Source: Eledone cirrhosa
Lineage: Eukaryota
Direction of reading: 5' to 3'
Assembly (NCBI GenBank): GCA_964016885.1
Contig: OZ024743.1
Coordinates: 23,746,001-23,810,000, forward strand
Length of the DNA: 64,000 bases
A program made the translations under genes and the position numbers. Positions 54,509-64,000 of the stretch are shown in pieces. The notes beneath the pieces were generated by a model. That model saw only the letters and a program-made list of their open reading frames with translations. It had not been told where the DNA came from and made no database searches. Numbering within the stretch: position 1 is the first letter of the stretch; each line of letters opens with the position of its first letter.

Positions 54509-55052
54509 TTAACCCTTTTCATACCAAACCATCTGAAACTGCTCCTGCTTCTATGAAAGTAAAACTTTATTTTAAAATGTTTATATTCAAATAAAAACCT
54601 TCCATTATAATTTTATTTAAGAACTTTTGTTATCTTCCAAACACCAATTTAGTAATGAGAGTTTATATTACTAAATCTTTCCAAATTCTTTATTGATTTA
54701 AAAATCACATGTGTCTTTTGTTAGCAGCATGTATGTATGGTCCCATAACTCCTCATAGAATCGTAGGGGTGCCTTATTGACATACAGCGTTTCTTGGGCA
54801 TTTTAAGTCTGGTGGAGCCCATCTCTCTGCAGGTCTGAGTACGGCAGATTTCTACCAGAGAAAGATAGAAAGTGGGAAAGGGAAAATGAGAAAGAGATAT
54901 AGAGGAAGAATCCACCCCAGTACTAGAAAAGATGAAAGGCAAATTTGAACTTAGAGAACAGAGAGCCAGAATGAATACCATAAAGCATTTAATCCGACGT
55001 TCTAACGACTCTACCAATTCACTGCCTAGAAGTATGATAACAAAAGGGTTAA
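54509..55052. mobile_element. TTAA-type MITE family 2 with an internal SINE A insertion (about 54860-55030, minus)
   Basis: TTAA-CCCTTTT...AAAAGGG-TTAA. Confidence 0.7.
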
Positions 55053-56513
55053 AGTTGTTGCTCTGCTGACTCCATGGTCATGAGTTCTAAACATGGTATA
55101 ACTGCTGTCATGTTATGTTCTTCAATGACACATTGCCTTAATTGCTTCTGTCTGTCTGATTAAAAAATCACTACTGTTGTAACTAATTAGTTAAGTGATT
55201 AGCAACAAGAAGGACACCCAGCTTCTAAAAGTTGCTTCAACAATTTATATGTAACAGAGAAATGTATGCAAAACAGTTACAAAAAAAAAATTGGTGTTTG
55301 GTATAAATGATGACAGAAGTAGTAATAATACACTGAGGGATAAATACTGAAACATTGTCTTGTAGGTTGGATTTGTTGGTCAAGACAATTCAATTAGCTG
55401 ACTGAAGTCTATGGAATGACTACTAAGGTTACTATAATAATCATTTTGATCATCATCATATCTCCTGTTCTGCACAGGTTTGAGTTGGTACATACATAAT
55501 CAGTATGACCAGCTAACTGCTCACCGAAAACAAAAAACACATTTCACTTAGTTTAGGTGTCTTGTTTAGTAACATTTTAGTGGGCTTTTTTTTTTATTCT
55601 TGGTTTCCTTCCCTAGTCTCAATTGCTTTCAAGGACACTTTGTAAACCTAACCATCTGCTAGTTATGCAGTACTTACAGGTTAGCCTCAATGACAAGGCA
55701 GAATATGTATGATCAGTAGTTCACACATTCATCATCATTACTGTTTAATGTCTATTTTCCATGCGTGCATGGGTTAGACAGGTTGTCGTGTACTGAAGCT
55801 AGAATGATCAAACGAACACATCTTAAAAGCCTACTTCTCTTGGTTCATTCCAAATTTTCAAATTGCAATTGGTATATATATTCAAAAAGATTGTATGAGT
55901 GTATAACTACAGGTTATTTATATGAGAAGAGTAAGCAAGGAAAAACAATATGAGCACAATACAGTACAATGATGATATATATTAGTTTAACGTTTGATAT
56001 AGCCTTAATGTGCAGATATTAGTCTTTCATCAGAAGATAGAATGCAAGACAGAAGAAGAAATAGAAAAACAGGGTAAGAAAAGAAATAAAAGAAGGGCAA
56101 AACATTTTTTTTTTTTTTCAGACATGTTTTATGTGGAATGAGATTTCAGTATAAAAAATTGTCAGTTATACTTTGTCACCCTGCTGTTTTTACAACTAAG
56201 TGGCTTGTTATGAGCCATTAGGAGTTCAGTATATAGGATATTTGCTCATGAAACGTTATAAACTTAATATTGTAAGTTATTTACCTGTTATACAATGCCT
56301 GTTCTGTTTATAGCAGAATGTTCTATTGCTTGTATGGTAACTATTTTACTGTTAGGTAGACTGTAAAGCACTTGAGACAGATACAAACTAATCAATTCCA
56401 CCAGCTACATGTATGCAGTAAGGTTTACAATGAGGATTAATTTATGAATCATATAATTTTATTACCTAGTGCAACAGATATTCTCCTACCAAATGATTAA
56501 CTGAAATATTACT

Positions 56514-56747
56514 TAACCCTTTCATTACCATATTTCTATTGAAAGACACTGCCTGTGATTTTCAAATAATTTTGAAGGTAACCAAAAATTTCAAGGGATT
56601 TAGTAAAAAAAGCTATCTCATTATCAAGTTGGTGTTTGGAACATGACTTAACAATGGAATAAATGAGCAAAGAAGAGAAAGATAACAAAAATTCTCAAAT
56701 AAAATTATGATGCAGTGGTTTGGGGCAAGTTGGCATCAAATGGTTAT
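56514..56747. mobile_element. TTAA-type MITE family 2
   Basis: ttaaccctttcattaccatatttct start. Body matches 21656 and the reverse complement of 54509. Confidence 0.6.
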
Positions 56748-56758
56748 GGCTGTTTCCT

Positions 56759-56915
56759 TTAATCCTTCAGCATTTAAACCGGCTGTAACTGGCTCCTCAT
56801 ACTGATGCTAAGGCATTGTTCTCAAAATGTTATAGATTTGATATTATGAAAGATTCATCCTCTTCTGTGAAAATGCAATAGTAAATATTGAGTAATGTAA
56901 ATGCTAAAGGGTTGA
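56759..56915 (+). mobile_element. piggyBac-type MITE family 1, copy 12
   Basis: ttaatccttcagcattta...taaatgctaaaggg. Confidence 0.8.
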
Positions 56916-56984
56916 AAACTGACATTGAAGACATTTTTACCTCTCTCTATCAACATTTATAAGTAAACTAGTGAATCTATACAC

Positions 56985-57277
56985 CAGGGTCTCAAACACA
57001 CAGCCCGCAAGCTACTTTTCTATGCTCTTTGTGACTAATTAAGGAAAATTTGAAATGGAAAATTTGTTCCCCTTAATTTTGTACTAATTCATGTAGCTTA
57101 TTTACTATCATATGTCTATGCATTTTGATGAAAGTAAATAAATAGCAGCCTATCAGTTATATTACAGGTTAGCATTATAACTGTTGGAAATCACACCCTG
57201 CCCCATCTCACTTTTGACCTGCTGTGCCTCTTCTTCAGGACATGATGGCCCTTTTGACTTTGAGTTTGAGACCCCTG
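56985..57277. mobile_element. hAT (Charlie-like) MITE
   Basis: TIRs CAGGGTCTCAAAC / GTTTGAGACCCCTG with a degenerate 8-bp TSD (ctatacac / ctctaaat). Confidence 0.65.
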
Positions 57278-57470
57278 CTCTAAATAAACATTCAACCTCT
57301 CGAAATAACACCCAAATACCCCTCAGATCACATTTTACTGTCATAAAAAGTGCGTGCCATGAAATAATGTAGTAATAGTAGAATATGATATATTGTCTGA
57401 ATTATAGATGAGATGGTCACAACTGGAATGTTTCCAACCATTAAGGCTGAATTATTACATTTCTTTATTA

Positions 57471-57638
57471 CTGTATTTCCTGGTATCGAAGACGCTACTT
57501 TTTTCCTAAAATAAGTCTCAAAAATCTACCAAGTGTCCTGGAGGCCGAAGGTTGTTTAATATTTTTATTCAAATTTTTGGTTGTCAAAATTAGGGTGCGT
57601 CCTTGCGGACGAAGCCTCTTTGGCGCTGGGAAATACGG
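57471..57638. mobile_element. Tc2/pogo-like MITE
   Basis: TA|CTGTATTTCC...GGAAATACGG|TA. Confidence 0.65.
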
Positions 57639-58446
57639 TAAATATTTTTATTCTTTCACTTTCACTCAGTCATCCAACAGTTATGACTCTAGAAATCAAT
57701 CGCATATTAATTAGCAGGTGTCCCAACTATTTTTTCTGATTTCTTTCCTGTACAGTTTTCTATGGCAATATCCACACAGTACAAAGTTTAATAGCATTTC
57801 ATTATTGAATTGTTTTTAGGCCACAAATTTTATGTATAGCCAGTTATGATTGCTGTGACTGTTTGTGTGTATTTATTTCTGTATGTATACCTGACTTAGT
57901 GCTTGTGTTTGAATTTGTGTTAATGTGTGATGGAGATGCAGAGAAAGAGAGACAGTCGACCAAGTGCTGCTTCAGAATATGACAATAGATGCAACATTTT
58001 TTTCACTCTATTTTTTAGTGTAGAATTTTAGTTTGTTTTAAATATTTCTCTTCGACATATGATTCTGTGTCTATTCCCAACCAAGCCCACAACCTTCTTA
58101 TCTCTCTAGTAGTCATTTGATAGCCAATAATGACACTTGTTTTACAAGATACTCCAAATATGTCTTTATATTTAGATAACATCTTGAAATTGGATAATAA
58201 ATAAATAATAAGAAAAAAAACAGCCCACCTACATACAATAAATGTTACTGCTTTAAAATTGTTTGTTTGTTTCTCTTTATGATGTGTGTGTGTGTGTAGA
58301 CATATAGTAGGTGGTGGCAATTTTAGAAGTTTGGGAGCTTTAGACACAACATATGTGTGATTAATCATATGCTACATGACTAATATATATTATTAAAATA
58401 TGTGTTTTGCTCCAGATTGATTTAAACATAAACTCAGACATACTCC

Positions 58447-58496
<50 letters not shown>

Positions 58497-58763
58497 CTTA
58501 AGCCAAAATCCCAATTTGGCTAAAATAATTTGGGTTACCCTGTTCATGGTTTCTGGAATTCAAGAAACATCAATCATTCCAAGACATTGGGATAACCAAT
58601 ATTGGAAGAATTTCAGTCCCTAAACTGAAATTCTTCCACTAAGTTTAATATATTTTATTACTTCTCTGAGTAGATAATTTATTCATATATCTTATCCTTT
58701 CATTGAGATGTTTACATATTATAGACAGTTAATTTTATAAATTTATATATATATATATATATA

Positions 58764-60069
58764 CAGGGTGTTCGGGATAAATTTGACAGTTTCATCAGGA
58801 AAAAGAAAAAGTGCTTGGTATCTACAAAATTTATTTGATTTAAAAGAAATTCAATGGACAAGGAAATTACACTATTGTCAAAGAGTTTTACTCAAAATAA
58901 CCGCCATTACCGTCTATTACAGCCTCAATCCAGGCCCGGAACCTGGAGCAAGCTGATTTTACACTTTCCCTGGGAAGGCCCTCAAAAACTACTTTAATTC
59001 TGTCGATTAACTGGGCTTTTGTAGTACTGGCACGGTGATTGGTGTCTTTCTCTACAGCGCCCCATACATAATAGTCCATCGGGTTAAGATCAGGGGAGTT
59101 TGGAGGCCAAACATTGGGACTGGTGTAGTCGTAAAAATTGGCTGACAACCATTTTTGACTTTTCCCTGAGGTGTGGCAGGGGGCCGAATCCTGCTGCCAT
59201 ACATACGGCCTATTATTGGCTACCCTTGTTATCCAGGGCTTAACTACAGTGGTTAGCAATTCCACGTAGGCATCTAAATTCAACCTGAGACCCTGTTTGA
59301 AAAAATGCGGAGGCATCACATCACCCTCGGAGGACACACATCCAAAAACCATGACAGTTTGGGAAAATTTAGTCTGCATGACTCGAGGAGTGTCCTTTGG
59401 ACTTTATGCAAGTCATCTGTTATTCTGCGTGTTGTGTTTTTGATCTTGGCAAAAGTTTTTCTCATCGGAAAAGAACCAGATTGTTTGTGCTTCAGCAGGA
59501 TGTTTCACTTTGCTCAGAAGTTTCTTCGCCTTTGTCAGACGATTTTCGCGGGACTTTTCTGTGAGAAGTTGACCTCTGCGACGCTTGTATGAGTAGTAGC
59601 GAAGGTCTTCATTGAGTGCAATTTTCATAGTAGAGGCTGAAACATTCAATTCACGCGACAAAGACCGAATTCCGATGCCAGGGTCCTCCAACACTTTTTT
59701 CTGCAGATTTTCGATGAATTCTGCTGTGCGAGAGCAATCAGATCTTCTGTTATGTTTCTTTCTTCTAGCCACAGCCTCGTAGTCTCCATTGCAATTCTCC
59801 AGTTCATGCCGGATTGTTTTTACAGTGTTCAGGGAGCATTGAGCAGCGACCATAATCTCCTTATTTTGATGGGTGGCGCGAATCATCATGATACAAGTTA
59901 TTCTCTTCCATGATTCAGGTGACTCCCAGTCATCCATTCTCGTTGTCATCACATATATGAATGAAGGAGGGTTTAAACTTTCAAATAAAGCCTAGTGGGC
60001 ATGAATGAATTTAAAACATCTGAAAAAACAACCAAATATTATTCTGTCAAATTTATCCCGAACACCCTG
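58764..60069 (-). mobile_element. Full-length Tc1/mariner transposon, DD37D (maT) family, 1306 bp
   Basis: Perfect 26-bp TIRs CAGGGTGTTCGGGATAAATTTGACAG, TA flanks, transposase inside. Confidence 0.95.
58888..59949 (-). pseudogene. DD37D transposase with two in-frame stops (NNR*LA*SPKD)
   Basis: FSDEK...WQQDSAPCH...SPDLNPMDYY with 37 residues between the second and third Asp. ORFs 59413-59952 and 58888-59379 are in the same frame. Confidence 0.9.
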
Positions 60070-60666
60070 TATATATATATTATATATATATTTTTATATA
60101 TATATATATGCACCATTACTTTGGGGGATCCCCTATTTTCAGGCAGTCATACTCTGGTTTTTGTTTTTTACTGACATTTTATGAAGTATATTGTTTTGTG
60201 ATTACTTTAATAAACTGTTATGTAGATACTATACATCACTGTATATAATATGTGAAAGAATTAGGTTTCATGGGCTTTTTGGTGGTGGACAAAATAAAGA
60301 TTTAGAGGGGAACAGAAACATGAACCTTGTGTTATCTATAAAATATTGTGTTATCAGCATCCTATAATATTAAGAATCAAAGTTAATAAGACTATCATCT
60401 GAGAGAAGCTTTATCTTTGAGAGTTACAGTTATAAGATAAATATAAGGATTTCAGCAAAGCTACAAATTGTCGCTGCCAACATCCTCATCTTTATTATCG
60501 GAAGTTTTTCCCCATTGGCTAAGGTTGGATATGTTTGGAACACACCATTTCTCAGTAAATCTTTGTTTTTCACTATCTTATCTGTGTGTGTTTGTGTGAA
60601 GTCATCTTATAATTCAGTGAGTAAACAATTTTGTTGATAGAACAACTAGTGTACTCGTTGTCTAAC

Positions 60667-61284
60667 CAGAGGTTCTCAAACTTTTGGGGCCACCAACCCC
60701 CTCACAGCCACGTAATACCCTCAGCGCCCCCCAACCCTATTTCCAGAGAGACCTTCCTACATGGAAATTGTAAGTAATATATAATAAATAAAATGATTAA
60801 TATATATATATATAATTGTTTCTACATTTGGCACAAGACCAGCAATTATCCCAGTGTATTACTGGTACTTCATTTTATCGACCCCCGTAAGGATGAAAGG
60901 CTAATAAATAATATAATATATACTATCATCATCATCATTTTACGTCCGCTTTTCCCTGCTTGCAAAGGTGGGACGGGTCCTATTCAGCACAGCATCTCTC
61001 CACTTGTCATGGTCCTTTATCTCCTCCGTGAGCTTCAGCAATCTGAGGTCAGCTCTCACCACCTCCGCCCATGTTTTTCGTGGTCTTCCTCTACTGCGTC
61101 TTCCTTCTACTGGGATTTCTTGGCACTTCTTTACCCAGCAGTCATCCTCCATGAACATCACATGTCCATACCATCATGTATGATTAAATATTTTATATTT
61201 TTTATTTTGCTATATTTATATATATATGTATCATTTTATATTTCATATACTATTATATCATCTCTACCACTTTGAGAACCTCTG
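60667..61284. mobile_element. hAT (Charlie/Buster-like) MITE containing a SINE A fragment and an RTE 3' end
   Basis: TIRs CAGAGGTTCTCAAA / TTTGAGAACCTCTG with a near-TSD gtctaa(g)c. Confidence 0.75.
60925..61180 (-). mobile_element. RTE LINE 3' end, second family, ORF ending at the tail
   Basis: WYGHVM...GRRSRGRPRKTW...DKWRDAV...TRPTFASREKRT* followed by (GAT)n. Confidence 0.85.
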
Positions 61285-61349
61285 GTCTAAGCTAACAAAG
61301 AATTTGTTTACTTATAAATATGCACACACAGTCCATGCTGTATTGTGGC

Positions 61350-61555
61350 TGTGTAGGTAACACGGTAAAAAGTTCCCAGTTCCACACTGTAAATGTGGTT
61401 GGTTTTAGGAAGGGCATCCAGCCGTAGAAAACCTGCCAGATAGTCCTATATGAGCGAGACACGGTCACCCGACCAGCCTTGCCTCAAGTGGGACAACTCC
61501 TGTCTAACCCATGCTAGCGTGGAAAATGGACGTTAAATGAAGATGATGATGATGA
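61350..61555 (+). mobile_element. RTE-associated 3' tail, same subfamily as 30677
   Basis: aggaagggcatccagccgtagaaaacctgccaga...cttgcctcaagtggg...ggacgttaaatga. Confidence 0.75.
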
Positions 61556-62051
61556 CACACATTTTGGCTCTAAGGTAAAAATACTGAGCCTTTGGTCATG
61601 GTTTCAGCTTCACTGTAGCCATTGTGTTATGCTTCTGATAGAAAAGTTAGTGAACTCAATTTAGTTGGCTTAGAACAGGTTTCATTAAAAATGGAATATC
61701 TATGTAAACATTACTTTAAAGATAGATAATAGCATCAGCTTTTATAGACATGGAAAGTATTTAGACAATGTGCATTATGTACGTTGTAAGTTTTCATGTG
61801 ATAAAAATTAGTTTCAAAGGTTACATGCTATATCTCAAATTCTGTAGACCAAACATGCAAAACATATCAGTAATCAAATATAAAATAATGGAAACAAAGA
61901 ATTAAGTTTATAACTGTTAGTTAAATCAACAAGATACCAACTTATGTGTGTGTTTATTTATATTTTAGTAACTATGCCATTAAATCCATACCATAGTTTT
62001 GTGATCGTGTATAACTGGAAGTCAGTAATGGTTGTTGGATGTTAATTTGAA

Positions 62052-62262
62052 TTAACCCTTTAGCATTTACATTATTCAATATTTACTATTGCATTTTCAT
62101 GGTAAACATTTTATTTCACACATTTATCTCACAAAATATTGAATCTACGAGAATTTGATATTATTTATTCTAACATATGAGCAGCCAGTTATAGCTGGTT
62201 TGAACAGAAAGAGATGAGATAATTCTGGCCAGATATGGCCTGTTTAGATCCTAAAGGGTTAA
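62052..62262 (-). mobile_element. piggyBac-type MITE family 1, copy 13
   Basis: TTAA flanks and TIRs. Confidence 0.85.
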
Positions 62263-62617
62263 GGAACTAAAAAGCTATGATCTATACTAACTAAGAATCG
62301 CAAACACTGCATCTTGTACATTCTGTGATGTAATGGACAAATTAGCAGAGACAACCGGGTCAAGAGAACCTTTAATCTGGCTAAGGACATGACCATATCT
62401 CTATTGTAGGTGCTACAATAAATTATACCCAGGACACCTTATAAAGTGGTTGGCCATCAAATTTGGACAATGTATGGTACAGAGGTCTGTTTGGACTTGT
62501 TGTGGGTGTGACAACTTCTCTAGCATTACATGTCGGTGCTGTATTAAAAATCTTTTTAGAAGAGGACAAGTTAGACATTCTTCAACACAGTATATATGTG
62601 TGTGTGTGTGTATATAT

Positions 62618-62848
62618 CATCATCATTTCATTTTACGTCCGCTTTTCTCTGCTTGCAAGGGTGGGACGGGAACTGATTCTGGCTTGATTTCTACAGCTGG
62701 ATGCCCTTCCTAACACCAACCTCATTTACAGTAAGTGCTGGATGCTTTTTTGCTGTGGCACCTCCACGACCACTTTGCAGTGAAGTGATATGGACCCCAG
62801 TCCCTATCATCTCATTTCTACAGCTGAGTAAACTGGAGCAATGTGAAA
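62618..62848 (-). mobile_element. SINE family B, 5'-truncated
   Basis: Reverse complement of about 21000-21230. Confidence 0.8.
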
Positions 62849-63785
62849 ATATCATCATCATTTAATGTCCATTTTCCACGCTAGCATGGGTAGGATGGGC
62901 TGTACCGTTGTGAGAGATTCAAGTCGAAGGACCATGTTTCGTTCACACAGAACTGATTTTGGCTTGGTTTCTATGGCTGGATGCCCTGCTGGAATATACA
63001 CACATATATACTAAGTTCTACACACTTCTGCAAGAATATATTGAGCACTTTCTCACATACATATATGTGTATGCCTGCATGTATGCTTATGTTTGTAAAT
63101 CACATTTCTTCACTTATATATATAGCTCCGAAGCTTTTTTTTTTTTAATAATGCATTCTGAATTTTCAAGAATTTTTTGTTTTCAATTTATACTTTTGAA
63201 AGACAGCATGCAACCCTCAAATGAATATTGTTATGTTATTTACTCATGAACTGCCCTTTTCTTTGCTTACCTTTTTTTTCCTTGTCAGAGTTACAAATCT
63301 GGCACTACAGTTAGAAACAAAAAAATAAAAGAGAAAAGTAAAGAAAAAAAATCTGTCTACAGTTTTGCCATACTGCTAGCTGAAATAACTGAAATCTTTC
63401 AACAGACATATCATTCCCACTGTTTCTTTGTTTCTCATTTCAGTTCTGTGTTTTTTTTTTTTCATATTTTGTTTTGGTTTATTTATTCATTTGTTTTGGG
63501 GGGTTTTTTTTTTTGATACCTGTACGTTTTTGTTTTGTTTAGCTCTTACATCATTTCTTTATTATGTATACTTTATCACCTGTTTTTGCCCACCTCACCC
63601 TATTCTACTTAACTTTAAGTTGCCCTTGTTTTAATATCACCCAGTTTTTTTTTTGTCTGTATATTATTTAATTATATTTATACCACTTCTTATACCACCA
63701 TCAGATGTGTATATTCAGAATGTGTTTAAGAGTACATCAGCATTTACATTACTGGACAATATATATATATGTATGTGTGTGTGTA

Positions 63786-63826
<41 letters not shown>

Positions 63827-63834
63827 GTACACAA

Positions 63835-64000
63835 AAAATGTTGTGGGATGACGGGTAGACTAACAGGAAAGGAAGACTTTGTATGAAGATGCACAGGAGT
63901 AATAGAGGGAAAGAGTGACAGTGATGTAAACCTCTTCAAGTGACAGGAAGGATCCATAGAAGTGGTTGATAACTTCTGCTATCTGGGTGACTTAATTAGC
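63835..64000 (+). pseudogene. RTE RT fragment continuing past the window end
   Basis: Translates to GSIEVVDNFCYLGDLIS, homologous to the RTE at 33 kb. Confidence 0.7.

Noticed and set aside
57926-58023. Short ORF MEMQRKRDSRPSAASEYDN...
   Set aside because: Protein-like but without convincing splice sites or other support.

Overview
AT-rich, repeat-dense animal genomic DNA, not prokaryotic. The SINE, RTE and MITE complement looks like an octopod cephalopod (inference). Most of the window appears to be intron of a plus-strand host gene: one good exon candidate lies at 8918-9092, and weaker ones at 18959-19013 and 23115-23191. The flanks (1-23.4 kb and 45.8-64 kb) hold tRNA-derived SINEs, 13 copies of a TTAA-flanked piggyBac-type MITE, Merlin, hAT, Tc1/mariner and Helitron non-autonomous elements, RTE LINE fragments, a possible solo LTR and a full-length DD37D (maT) transposon with two premature stops. 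The centre (about 23.4-45.8 kb) is a 22 kb degenerate (TA)n island with a 200-N gap, filled with retroelements that abut (TA)n. The most notable content is seven type I hammerhead ribozyme motifs from three unrelated sequence families. Family A has three copies in a non-coding 569-bp tandem-plus-inverted unit (retrozyme or Penelope pseudo-LTR-like, 23547-25066). Family B has one minimal hammerhead in the 3' UTR of each of three copies of a GIY-YIG Penelope-like fragment. Family C is a compact hammerhead at 45591-45641. The long IYIY ORFs are microsatellite artefacts.
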